A stretch of DNA of 64,000 nucleotides, from positions 5,454 to 69,453 of IMG/VR virus record IMGVR_UViG_3300020442_002247. The stretch is one strand, 5' to 3'. How positions within the stretch are numbered: position 1 is the stretch's first letter; each line of letters opens with the position of its first letter. The notes below the pieces were generated by a model, which did no database searches, was not told where the DNA came from, and saw nothing but the letters and a program-made list of their open reading frames with translations. Below are positions 38,759-48,515 of the stretch, piece by piece. A program made the position numbers and the translations under genes. The DNA comes from a virus.

Positions 38759-39489
38759 TGAAAAATAAAATAGAATTTTTTTCTAAAGTAACTGGTGTAG
38801 CAGAAGCATTTCCTATAATACAATCAAAAGATTTTCATACTAAATGGATGAAAACCTGTATGGCTGATTATAAAACTAAGAAGAATACACTACAACCAAG
38901 TCATATACAAATGTGTCCTGGAATATTTGAATTATACAAATATGGATTTATGGTTCCGTTATGGCATGATACTGTGATCAAAGCATTTTCAGATAGAGAA
39001 GATTTTGATTATGTAATACCAAGTCAATACCTTAATGAATTACGTGGAGGAGATGCAGTTGGCACACATCCATATGAAGTAACAAAATTCTTACCAAAAA
39101 GACATTACAGTAAACATGCAGTAGTGAAAATGAATAGTCCTTGGCATATTGTTGCTCCTCCGGGAGTAAAATTTTTAGTATTACCTATTCCTTATCCGGA
39201 TACATATGAATTAGAACATACTATGGGTATTTTAGACCCAGCCGTAAGTACAGAGTTGAACTTTCAATTTTACTTAAATATTAACCAAGGAGAAATTATG
39301 CTTAAGGCTGGTACACCTATGATGTATCTTGTGCCTATTACAGAGCATGATTACAGTTATGAAGTAAGAGATATGAATGACCATGACAAAGCATGGTTAG
39401 AGAAACGTGAATATTTTATGATTTTTGGATTTAAATTTAACAAACAAAAGCTAAAAGAAACATTCACTAAACATTTTTACAGGAGATAA
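38758..39489 (+). CDS. Conserved phage protein, CPG...PW...GTP family (copy 1; DUF6065/dUTPase-fold-like)
   Basis: MCPGI...GF..PLWHD, KMNSPW and KAGTPM; paralogous to 39912-40694. Confidence 0.65.
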   Translation: MKNKIEFFSKVTGVAEAFPIIQSKDFHTKWMKTCMADYKTKKNTLQPSHIQMCPGIFELYKYGFMVPLWHDTVIKAFSDREDFDYVIPSQYLNELRGGDAVGTHPYEVTKFLPKRHYSKHAVVKMNSPWHIVAPPGVKFLVLPIPYPDTYELEHTMGILDPAVSTELNFQFYLNINQGEIMLKAGTPMMYLVPITEHDYSYEVRDMNDHDKAWLEKREYFMIFGFKFNKQKLKETFTKHFYRR

Positions 39490-39490
39490 A

Positions 39491-39952
39491 ATGCCATTAT
39501 CGGAAACACAGAGCCAAGAATGGATTCATGTAGAACAAATACTACGTGAACCTACTAATGCATATACAGCAAGAAAAATACAAAAAGATAGAATTAGAGT
39601 TAGAGATTTTTTGAGTACATTCTTAAATAATAGAGAACTTGTATTGACTTGGGAAGATGACGATGGAAAAGATGTTACAAGAATAGCTACTCTTTTTTAT
39701 GTGCAAGAAGAAGAAGGTGATTTTCCTGAAATGCCAATCACTAAAGAAATTATACATGGCGAAGAAGTTGAACAAATCCAACATGTAAAATTCTACACAA
39801 TGCCTGATTTAAAAGGCTATGTTGTTCATGTAGATAAAATAAAAGGTTGGTATACTCATAATAGAGGACTAGACCAAATAATGAACACAGCAAATAGACA
39901 AGGTAAAAAATATGTTAGATCGCCTGAAGAAGATTCTCAAACCACAGAGTAA
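39491..39952 (+). CDS. Hypothetical protein
   Basis: 153-aa ORF with SD AGGAG. Confidence 0.6.
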   Translation: MPLSETQSQEWIHVEQILREPTNAYTARKIQKDRIRVRDFLSTFLNNRELVLTWEDDDGKDVTRIATLFYVQEEEGDFPEMPITKEIIHGEEVEQIQHVKFYTMPDLKGYVVHVDKIKGWYTHNRGLDQIMNTANRQGKKYVRSPEEDSQTTE

Positions 39953-40694
39953 AGTAGAATTTGTAAGTTTATTACCAGAAGTCACAGAAATAATGCCAAT
40001 TATTCCTGCATCAAAACAACAGTATAATTGGGTAAAAAAAGCATACGAAAATTATAAAAATTCTGACTATAAAGGTAAAAACAATAGTAGCGACAGGTTT
40101 ACTCATGTGATGAGGTGTCCAGGCATGATAAGCCTGAATAATACTGGCTGGATACAAAGATCATGGCAAGATATAATTATTGAAACTAACGGAGATGGCA
40201 AAACATTTCAGTGGCGTACTCCTATAAATCAAAAAAATATAGACTGTGATCATGGCTGGAAGTGGGATTACATCAGTTATCATTCTGAAGATAATTATGG
40301 CGTCTATAATACTGATAAGAAAAACATACAATCTGTTGTAAAAGTTCAAAGTCCTTGGATTGTATATGTACCTAAAGGATATTCTCTACTGTGTATGCCT
40401 ATTCCTTATCCAGATAACCATGACTTTACAAGTTGTATAGGGTTCCTAGAGGATGCCGATAAAGGACCTAATTTTTTGAATGTACAAATGTTTTGGCATG
40501 TTTTTGACGGCACAACCAAGATTCCTGCAGGCACTCCGTTGTGTCAATACATATTAGTAAAGAAAGATAAAGTTGACTCAGTAGTAAGAAGATATGAGAA
40601 GAAAGATATAGATAATTTAAGATTAAGGGCACACTTGATAGACAGTAAGTTTGTACCAAATTACAATGATCTTAAAAAAGTAAGGTGGAACTAA
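39912..40694 (+). CDS. Conserved phage protein, CPG...PW...GTP family (copy 2)
   Basis: RCPGM...GW...SWQD, KVQSPW, PIPYPD and PAGTPL. Confidence 0.65.
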   Translation: MLDRLKKILKPQSKVEFVSLLPEVTEIMPIIPASKQQYNWVKKAYENYKNSDYKGKNNSSDRFTHVMRCPGMISLNNTGWIQRSWQDIIIETNGDGKTFQWRTPINQKNIDCDHGWKWDYISYHSEDNYGVYNTDKKNIQSVVKVQSPWIVYVPKGYSLLCMPIPYPDNHDFTSCIGFLEDADKGPNFLNVQMFWHVFDGTTKIPAGTPLCQYILVKKDKVDSVVRRYEKKDIDNLRLRAHLIDSKFVPNYNDLKKVRWN

Positions 40695-41272
40695 TGGAAG
40701 ATTTTATATATGAAAAACCAAATGCACTTAATAGAAAAGAATGTGCTGACGTTATTGAATATTTCGAAACAATGCGGAAACAAGGACTTGTAATTAATAG
40801 ACAAGCAATGGGTGACGGTCTAGCACACCATAAAAAAGACGAATCAATCTTTTTATTAGAGCCTGACACATTAAGATTAGAAAAAACAGCACCAACATCT
40901 GTTATGTTGATAGAAAAAATTAAAGATGCTTATGCCGAATATGTAAATGAATACAGCTTACTTAACCAATCTGCACCACACGGAATTTACAGTGTTAAAT
41001 TACAAAGGACAGAACCGGGTGGAGGATTTATGAGTTGGCATTATGAAAATGATGGAAGATTAGCTTCTAATAGATTTGTAGTTTTCTCAATATATTTAAA
41101 TGATGTTAGCGAGGGCGGCGAAACAGAATTCTTATATCAACGTAAAAGATTTAAACCTGAGCAAGGAAAACTACTACTATGGCCAGCAGCATTTACCCAC
41201 ACACATAGAGGAAATCCTCCTCTAAATGAGGTTAAATACATTGCAACAGGATGGATAGAATACTTTGAATGA
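40694..41272 (+). CDS. 2OG-Fe(II) oxygenase, prolyl-4-hydroxylase-like
   Basis: KLQRT.PGGGF..WHYE...YLNDV.EGGETEF...WPA.FTHTHRG.PP...KYIATGW. Start placed at the TAATG overlap. Confidence 0.9.
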   Translation: MEDFIYEKPNALNRKECADVIEYFETMRKQGLVINRQAMGDGLAHHKKDESIFLLEPDTLRLEKTAPTSVMLIEKIKDAYAEYVNEYSLLNQSAPHGIYSVKLQRTEPGGGFMSWHYENDGRLASNRFVVFSIYLNDVSEGGETEFLYQRKRFKPEQGKLLLWPAAFTHTHRGNPPLNEVKYIATGWIEYFE

Positions 41273-41517
41273 ACGAGTACAAGATATTAAATATATCACC
41301 AAAAGCTACCGATCAACAAATTAAAACTAAATTTAAAAAACTGTGTCAAATACACCACCCAGACAAAGGTGGTAATTCAGATAAATTTAGAATAATAGTT
41401 GATGCCTACAATAGTCTCTGCATAAAACGTAAAATGTCTACTATGAGTTTTGACGAAAGTGGCGATCAGTTTTTTAACAGATATTTTGGCAATAGTAAAC
41501 CACCTTATAGGAGATAA
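41269..41517 (+). CDS. DnaJ (J-domain) protein
   Basis: Y.ILNI...A...QIK..FKKL...HHPDKGG...F..I..AY with an intact HPD motif. Confidence 0.88.
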   Translation: MNEYKILNISPKATDQQIKTKFKKLCQIHHPDKGGNSDKFRIIVDAYNSLCIKRKMSTMSFDESGDQFFNRYFGNSKPPYRR

Positions 41518-41519
41518 CA

Positions 41520-41732
41520 ATGGGTGTTATTAAGATAGAAATATGTCCATATACACAAAAAGAAGGAACATTCCAAAATGAACAACATGGACGTATTTTG
41601 AAGTGGCAAAGGCAAAATATGTCAGTAAAACATGTGCTATCGCATGATAAAAGAGAGTTGTTATTTCACGAAGAAAAATATTACAAAAAATTTCAGGACA
41701 CTTGGTCTTACTACTACAGAAGAATATATTAG
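41520..41732 (+). CDS. Hypothetical protein
   Basis: 70-aa ORF with SD AGGAG. Confidence 0.5.
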   Translation: MGVIKIEICPYTQKEGTFQNEQHGRILKWQRQNMSVKHVLSHDKRELLFHEEKYYKKFQDTWSYYYRRIY

Positions 41733-41759
41733 CATAAATATGTATAGTTGGAGACTTAG

Positions 41760-43073
41760 ATGAGTAGAAGTGCTATATTTGATCGAATTAGAATTATACC
41801 AAGACCTGACGATTTTCTCGATAGAAACGTAGGAAGTAGTGGTGAAATCTTCTTTGATAAACAAGCAAATACATTACGTTTGTATAACGGAAAAGCTACG
41901 GGTGGTTTTTCAATACTTACAGCAGGAAATTTTACTCAACAAATAGCAAATACCGGCGTTGCAGTATTAGAAAAAACTGTTACTGTCGGTGTTGATTCTG
42001 TTGCAGGACAAGCTACAGGAGTTTTTTACATAGACGGTGTAGAGAAACCTATATTACAGTTTGTAAGAGGATATACTTACGTATTTGATCAATCTGATGA
42101 TTCAAATGCTAACTTTGGCGGACTATGGCATCCATTGATGTTTTCTACTACACAAGATGGAGATCTAGTACCAGGTGGTCTTCACTATGACCAGATTACT
42201 GCTGACCATGGCATAGTTTACTTACTAGATGACGATCCTGTTTCAATGAGGTACTATACAGACAATTTTAAAACTGCAACAACAAAAAAGATTTTAATTA
42301 CTGTGCAAAGTAATGCACCTGATACACTATGGTATTGGTGTCACTTTCATACTGGTCAAGGTAACCAAATAAATATTTCTGATCCAGGAACTGGTACAGG
42401 TAGCGGTAGTTCTAGTATAGAAGTTTCTGACACAGTACCTTCAACTCCTTCTGCAGGAAATATTTGGTTTAATAGCACTACCGGAAAGTTATATGTATAT
42501 GTTAATGACGGTGATAGTTCACAATGGGTGCAACCAGCATCAAGCACTGTAGGCGATTACACACTTTTATCTAATAAACCAACAATACCAACGTCAATCA
42601 CAGACCTTGGTATTACAGACGGCACGTCTGGACAAGTATTGCAAACAGACGGAGCTGGTACATTTTCTTTTACTACTGTAGCTACAGCAGGAATAATAGG
42701 AAGTTTTACTTTTACTGGTACTAACATTGATACAGACGATAGTAGTGGTATAACTATTACTCCACCGTTAACAGCAAATAGTGACTTAACTGTGCAAAAT
42801 GATTTAAATGTAGTAAATGATGTGTTTGCTAAAAACTTTATTTCAACAGGCACTGGTTCGCCAGAGTTTGATAGTGCTAGTAAAATTACATTTACAGCAC
42901 CAGACGGTGTTGTAGTTAATTTAGGTGCATTAAGGTTAGCAAATTTTAATAATGCTCAAAGAGATGCATATTCAGCAGACAACGGTGATATGATATATAA
43001 TACTCAAGACAACAAAATACAAGCGTATATAAATGGTGCGTGGAGACGCATAGATGACTCGGCGATAGTATAA
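41760..43073 (+). CDS. Fibre protein with a cupredoxin-like domain
   Basis: Late motif CATAAATA at 41733-40 and SD GGAG. LQFVRG.TY.FDQSD...HPL.FS...LWYWCHFHTGQG, plus fibre modules GNIWFNSTTG.LYVY and GDMIYN. Confidence 0.72.
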   Translation: MSRSAIFDRIRIIPRPDDFLDRNVGSSGEIFFDKQANTLRLYNGKATGGFSILTAGNFTQQIANTGVAVLEKTVTVGVDSVAGQATGVFYIDGVEKPILQFVRGYTYVFDQSDDSNANFGGLWHPLMFSTTQDGDLVPGGLHYDQITADHGIVYLLDDDPVSMRYYTDNFKTATTKKILITVQSNAPDTLWYWCHFHTGQGNQINISDPGTGTGSGSSSIEVSDTVPSTPSAGNIWFNSTTGKLYVYVNDGDSSQWVQPASSTVGDYTLLSNKPTIPTSITDLGITDGTSGQVLQTDGAGTFSFTTVATAGIIGSFTFTGTNIDTDDSSGITITPPLTANSDLTVQNDLNVVNDVFAKNFISTGTGSPEFDSASKITFTAPDGVVVNLGALRLANFNNAQRDAYSADNGDMIYNTQDNKIQAYINGAWRRIDDSAIV

Positions 43074-44635
43074 TGAGTGAAAAAGAATATACAGTAATTG
43101 TAAAAGCAGGTGTAAACTTAGAAGAAGTTGAAAATGATTTAACTGCTTCTTCGGGAGATTCTAGTTCTATACCTAATAGAAGTGTAGACATAGTTAATGC
43201 TAGACCCGGTAGTAGAAGAGCAACACACTTTGCATTAACTGATGAAGAAGCTAAGAATTTAGAAAACGATCCAAGAGTCGAAGCTGTAGAAATACCACCA
43301 GATCAAAGAGATGATATAAAGATAGGTTTTAACGCAACCCAAATTGCAAACTTTACAAAAGGAGGTAATCCAGATACTGATACTTCTAAAGTTAATTGGG
43401 GGTTAAAAAGAGCTAACATGCCTACAAATCTATATGCAAGTGGCACAACAACAGACCAAAATTACGAATATGCTTTAGAAGGTGAAGGTGTTGATATTGT
43501 TATACAAGATAGCGGAGTACAATTTGATCATCCAGAATTTATTGACAATTTAGGAAACAACAGATGTGTATCGTTTGATTGGTATTCAACTGGAGTATCA
43601 GGATCTTTAAATGCAAATTTTTATAGAGATTACGACGGGCACGGTACGCACTGTGCAGGAATAGTTGCAGGTAAAACATATGGTTTTGCAAAAAAAGCTA
43701 GAATATTCAGTCAAAAACTATCAGGACTAGAAGGTGCAGGAGATGCTGGTACAGGTATGCCTATACTAGATAGTTTTGATGCAATTAGGTTATGGCATGC
43801 TAATAAACCTGTTCAACCTAATGGATACAAAAGACCAACAGTGGTAAACATGAGTTGGGGCTATTTTAGTGAGGTAACAGGAAATCCTACAGGTGGCACA
43901 TATAGAGGAACAAGCTGGACTTACGGTGTTGATTATACAACAAGAACTGGGTTATGGGCAGGCACTGGCGTAGTTCCAGAATTGGCGGCACTGAGTGCTT
44001 CAAGAATGCCTAATCGTGTTACAGCAGTAGATGCTGAAGTCGAAGATTTAATTGCAGGCGGAGTGCATGTTGTTATTGCCGCAGGAAATGATTTTTATAA
44101 AGGTGATTTATCTACAGGTACTGATTATAATAATTCAGTAGTATATGGAGGATTAACATATTTCTATCATAGAGGAAGTAGTCCACATAGTGATAATTCA
44201 CTTATGGTTGGAAATATTGACACAGGAGTTCAAAATGATCAAGATAAAACATATCAAAGTTCAAGTAGAGGCCCAAGAGTAAATATATGGGCTCCAGGAA
44301 CAAATATTTTTTCATGTGTAAGTACAACAAATGTTTATAGTGGACTTGACTACCCTTCAAATACTAATTTTAAGATAGCAAAATTAAATGGAACAAGTTT
44401 TGCGGCTCCTCAAGTAGCTGGTGTTTCAGCACTTATAGCTGGTGCTAACCCACAGATTACTCCGGCTCAACTAAAGCAACAGATTACAGCAGATGCAAAA
44501 AATGTAATTTACGATACAGCTAGTGACAGTGATTATGACCAATTTGGAACAAGTCTACTAGGTGCAGATAACAAAATGTTGTTTAATAAATATGGTAGAC
44601 AACCTTTTAAATTTAAAAATATAGGATTAGGATAG
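43073..44635 (+). CDS. Subtilisin-like (S8) serine protease
   Basis: Catalytic triad motifs DIVIQDSG, HGTHCAG and GTSFAAPQVAG, oxyanion AAGN, and an N-terminal I9-like prodomain. Confidence 0.92.
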   Translation: MSEKEYTVIVKAGVNLEEVENDLTASSGDSSSIPNRSVDIVNARPGSRRATHFALTDEEAKNLENDPRVEAVEIPPDQRDDIKIGFNATQIANFTKGGNPDTDTSKVNWGLKRANMPTNLYASGTTTDQNYEYALEGEGVDIVIQDSGVQFDHPEFIDNLGNNRCVSFDWYSTGVSGSLNANFYRDYDGHGTHCAGIVAGKTYGFAKKARIFSQKLSGLEGAGDAGTGMPILDSFDAIRLWHANKPVQPNGYKRPTVVNMSWGYFSEVTGNPTGGTYRGTSWTYGVDYTTRTGLWAGTGVVPELAALSASRMPNRVTAVDAEVEDLIAGGVHVVIAAGNDFYKGDLSTGTDYNNSVVYGGLTYFYHRGSSPHSDNSLMVGNIDTGVQNDQDKTYQSSSRGPRVNIWAPGTNIFSCVSTTNVYSGLDYPSNTNFKIAKLNGTSFAAPQVAGVSALIAGANPQITPAQLKQQITADAKNVIYDTASDSDYDQFGTSLLGADNKMLFNKYGRQPFKFKNIGLG

Positions 44636-44647
44636 AAGGAGTAACAT

Positions 44648-46258
44648 ATGGCAATAAATTTTCCAAATAGTCCTTCAGTAAGTGATACACATGTTGTAGG
44701 TGGCACAACATGGCAATGGGACGGCACAGCTTGGAATATTGTTGGCAATTCAATTGAAGCAAACAAATTTACAAGTGTAACAGGTGATACAGGAAGTATT
44801 GTTGCAGATGCAACTGCTGATACATTTAAGGTAGCAGGTGGTACAGATATTTCAACATCCATTACAGGGGATGTGCTAACAGTAAACTTTACTGGAGCAT
44901 CTGGAGGCACTACACAAAATTTATTTGAAACATTTACAGCTGATCAAGGAAGCACTACTGCTAATACTATTACAGATACTTTGAGTATTGCTGGAGGCAC
45001 AAATATATCTACTCTAATTGCAACAGATTCAGATATAGTGACTATTAATATGGATTCATTTCCAATTAATTTTTTAAGTGATGTCGACACATCATCTAAT
45101 CCACCTAATGTAGGACAAGTTTTAAAATGGGATGGAGCAAAGTGGGCACCTGGTGCAGATGCAACTTCAGGAGGAGCAGGCACTGATGCAGATACACTTG
45201 ATGGGTTTGATAGTCAATACTTCTTAAATTATAATAACTTGCAAAATACACCAGCTGTGTTAACATTATCAAGTTTGAGTGTTGGTGTAGAAAATACACC
45301 TGCAGGAAATGGTGCTATAAGTTATGACAATACAACTGGGCAATTTAAATTTACACCACCAACAGCCGCAGGCTTAGGAGCATTAACCGCGGAAGTTAAC
45401 GACCTTTCATCAGCAGTTACATGGGCAAATGTACCAGATGCAAATATTACACAAAGTTCAGTAACCCAACACCAAGCGGCATTAAGTATTACAGAAAGCC
45501 AAATAAGCGATTTACAAAGTTATTTGACATCTGTATCAGCAAGTGATCTTAGTGCAATTAGTATAGACGCACTAAGTGATGTAGATACAACAACATCTGC
45601 ACCTAGTAGCAATGATGTATTAGCTTGGGATGGAGCTAAATGGGCACCTAGTTCAGCCGCAGGTGGAGGTGATGCTAACCAGAATGCATTTAGTAACATA
45701 GCCGTTGCAGGACAAAATACTATACAAGCAGATACCACTACTGATACACTTAATTTAATAGGGTCGGGCGGTATAAACATCACAACTAATGACAGTTCAG
45801 ATACTGTTACAATAGGATTTACAGCAACTGGTTTAAACTTTAACACCTTACAAGATGCTAATAATGCTAGTTTAAATGTTGCATTAATTTATGAACCAGC
45901 AATAGCAATGCTTAGGGTATCAGCAGTAGGACAATCGGCCTACTTATTCAATTCACATTATTCAGGAAACAATCCAACAATTTATGCACTTGCAGGTACT
46001 ACTATTGCTTTTGATTTAAGTAGTGCAGGATCACATCCTTTTGAAATACAAGATCCAACATCAAATCCTTACAATGTAGGATTAGTATATGTTGACAGTT
46101 CCGGAGGCGTGCAAACAGGAAGTAATGCACAAGGTAAAGATAGTGGTGTTTTATATTGGCGTATTCCTGAGTCTATTAGTGGAAATTATAGATATCAATG
46201 CACAGCACACCCTGCTATGGTAGGTGCAATTACAATTAAAAGATTGTCAGTAATTTAA
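44648..46258 (+). CDS. Fibre protein with repeats and a C-terminal cupredoxin-like domain
   Basis: MAINFP.SP...W.WDG.AW, repeated LSDVDT...VL.WDGAKWAP and TADT..DTL...GG.NI units, then HPF...YQCTAHPAMVG. Confidence 0.78.
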   Translation: MAINFPNSPSVSDTHVVGGTTWQWDGTAWNIVGNSIEANKFTSVTGDTGSIVADATADTFKVAGGTDISTSITGDVLTVNFTGASGGTTQNLFETFTADQGSTTANTITDTLSIAGGTNISTLIATDSDIVTINMDSFPINFLSDVDTSSNPPNVGQVLKWDGAKWAPGADATSGGAGTDADTLDGFDSQYFLNYNNLQNTPAVLTLSSLSVGVENTPAGNGAISYDNTTGQFKFTPPTAAGLGALTAEVNDLSSAVTWANVPDANITQSSVTQHQAALSITESQISDLQSYLTSVSASDLSAISIDALSDVDTTTSAPSSNDVLAWDGAKWAPSSAAGGGDANQNAFSNIAVAGQNTIQADTTTDTLNLIGSGGINITTNDSSDTVTIGFTATGLNFNTLQDANNASLNVALIYEPAIAMLRVSAVGQSAYLFNSHYSGNNPTIYALAGTTIAFDLSSAGSHPFEIQDPTSNPYNVGLVYVDSSGGVQTGSNAQGKDSGVLYWRIPESISGNYRYQCTAHPAMVGAITIKRLSVI

Positions 46259-46518
46259 GTTTTAACAGATAACAGGCTTTGTACCTCAGATCTTAATCGT
46301 ACAATTTTTTCTCTATCATCAGAAGCAAGATTAGGTCTAATAAATCCACCCGCTCTAGAATCATGCTGTTGGTCTATTGATTCTGCTACACGCATTATTT
46401 CTTTGCATAATTTTAAAACTTTTTCTTGTATGTTTTTATTAGGTTGAGATCTAGCAGTTTTTTTGAAACCTTCTATTTCTACTCTAAGCGTACTAGCATG
46501 TGTTAATTTATTCAGCAC
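46255..46518 (-). CDS. Hypothetical helical protein
   Basis: 87-aa ORF ending the minus-strand operon; converges on the fibre gene. Confidence 0.55.
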   Translation of the reverse strand: MLNKLTHASTLRVEIEGFKKTARSQPNKNIQEKVLKLCKEIMRVAESIDQQHDSRAGGFIRPNLASDDREKIVRLRSEVQSLLSVKT

Positions 46519-46885
46519 TTTTATTCTCCGGATTTATTGGTTTTGCAGGTATAACAATATGTGTATCACTTCCTGCATTATTATTTACCTCAGAAACAGA
46601 GCTATTATCTACTAGAGCTTCTAAAGAACAAGGTATTAATGGAGGAGCATGAAATACACTACCTTCCTGCATTTCTTGATCATATATTTGTCCTGTAGAT
46701 GTATCTATATATCTTAACTTAAATTTACCTGTATTAACAAAGTAATGTTTTTCTTTTTCTTTATGATAGTGTAAAGGAGTTTTATTTCCGGCTTTTTCAA
46801 ATACTAATATTTTACCTTGGTAATTTGCTGTTGATGCCCAAAGTAAATCATAACCGTAATCTGTTTTAATTGAATTGTTTGCCAT
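46508..46885 (-). CDS. Cupin-fold protein (sugar isomerase-like)
   Basis: YG.DLLWA....Y.GKIL.F..AG.K..LHYH.EK.K...V..G.F...PP..P. Confidence 0.7.
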   Translation of the reverse strand: MANNSIKTDYGYDLLWASTANYQGKILVFEKAGNKTPLHYHKEKEKHYFVNTGKFKLRYIDTSTGQIYDQEMQEGSVFHAPPLIPCSLEALVDNSSVSEVNNNAGSDTHIVIPAKPINPENKSAE

Positions 46886-48077
46886 TGATTTTATTTTCCA
46901 TGTTTAATCCTTTTATGTTTTGATACCAAGAATGTAATCCCCAAGTGCCATATTCTGTGTCATTACTACTAGATTTAAATTCTTTGTCTACTAATCGATT
47001 CATAATTTTACTTTTGCTTGATTTTACAGTATTGAAAAATTCAGCAAATTCTGTATCATAAAACACTCTATTTTTATATAATTTATTTGCTTTGTGCTGT
47101 GCGTTTATCCAAAAATGAGTGTCGTATTTACTGCCTGCAAGGTAATGTAAATTTATCATATTTTCTACTTGTTTTAACTTCAATGTGTAGACATTGTTAA
47201 TATAATCTAAAGAGTCGTTTACTCCTAACACATACCCTGCACAAAGTTTACTAACCATTATCATAGAACTAATAGAAGTAGCTTCTAATGGTTCCAAAAA
47301 GAAACTTGCGTTACCATTGTATCCTACACGTTCTTCAAAATTTGTATTTCTATAATAATTTTTAAAACTAAAGGCATTTGTAGTTTCACTAGGTTGTAAA
47401 TTAAATTCTTCAAAAATATTTTTTACATCTTCTTTTACTTCTTCTAAAGAATTTAATTTATTATTGTACATATATCCTATACTACATCTGTTTTGTAATG
47501 GTATTCCCCATACCCAACCATATGGTCTAGCAACAGTTAACGTATAATCAAACTTTGGTTCTGGCCAAAAACATTGAGTAACATAAACACTGTTGACTGG
47601 TATGTATTCAGTTAGGTTATAATCTTCGTATGACTTAGGCTTGCCCGAACAATCTAGCACATAGTCACTGTCATTATTGTGTGTATCTTTATTACCTTGT
47701 ATAATTTTTACATTAGGATAATTTTCTTTAATTTTTTGTTCTATAAAATCCTGTAATTTTAATGCGTTGAAATGAATTGCAACATTAGGGGTCATAAATT
47801 TATGCGTATAATCACAACCTGTAGTGGTATATCCTATTTTTCTAATTCCATTTTTATAATTACCGTCAATGTTTTTTAGGTCCGGCCATCCAAATCCTAA
47901 ACTTTCTCCTAACATGTTTACAACATCTAAGGTAGTGCCTTCTCCTACAGCTTGTGGATTAATTTCAGGATCGTATATCCATTCTATTTCTAAATCATGA
48001 TAGTTAGATATATTAGCAATATTTGCAACTGAAATACAACCTGCTGTGCCCTTGCCTATGACTGTAATCTTTTTCAT
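46866..48077 (-). CDS. Second flavin-dependent halogenase family protein (short form)
   Basis: VIGKGTAG, AVGEGT, YKNGI, DCSG, GWVWGIP and FLEPLEATS. Confidence 0.85.
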   Translation of the reverse strand: MKKITVIGKGTAGCISVANIANISNYHDLEIEWIYDPEINPQAVGEGTTLDVVNMLGESLGFGWPDLKNIDGNYKNGIRKIGYTTTGCDYTHKFMTPNVAIHFNALKLQDFIEQKIKENYPNVKIIQGNKDTHNNDSDYVLDCSGKPKSYEDYNLTEYIPVNSVYVTQCFWPEPKFDYTLTVARPYGWVWGIPLQNRCSIGYMYNNKLNSLEEVKEDVKNIFEEFNLQPSETTNAFSFKNYYRNTNFEERVGYNGNASFFLEPLEATSISSMIMVSKLCAGYVLGVNDSLDYINNVYTLKLKQVENMINLHYLAGSKYDTHFWINAQHKANKLYKNRVFYDTEFAEFFNTVKSSKSKIMNRLVDKEFKSSSNDTEYGTWGLHSWYQNIKGLNMENKINGKQFN

Positions 48078-48502
48078 ACTAAATCAATTAATTTGAACAC
48101 TGTTTCTAGTTTAGTTAAAATAACTTTATTTGAAAGTGTGTTTCTCAATCCTTGGTGTAATGGTTTTGGCCATTTATTAAACGATACCCAAGCATAACCA
48201 TTGTGTTCTATATTTAAAGTTGGTATAAACTCCTTTTCTATTACACAAAGGTATGTATGGAATTTAAATTTACTATCATTACTAATAAATGTTTCAAGAG
48301 GTATGGTTTTGATAATAGAAGTTTCGCCTATTTCTTCTTTTATTTCACGTTGTAAGGCTGACCACGGTGTTTCTTTGTCTTCATTTGTACCACCAACAAG
48401 TCCCCATAGATCTTTCTGTTTGCCTTGCGTTCTATGTAGAAATAAAAAACGCTTTGATTTTTTGGCGTAGAATAATGCACCACTACAGATAATTTCTTTC
48501 AT
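48074..48502 (-). CDS. NUDIX hydrolase
   Basis: WGLVGG.NE..ETPWSALQREIKEEIG Nudix box. Confidence 0.9.
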   Translation of the reverse strand: MKEIICSGALFYAKKSKRFLFLHRTQGKQKDLWGLVGGTNEDKETPWSALQREIKEEIGETSIIKTIPLETFISNDSKFKFHTYLCVIEKEFIPTLNIEHNGYAWVSFNKWPKPLHQGLRNTLSNKVILTKLETVFKLIDLV

Positions 48503-48515
48503 ATAACTAATTATC

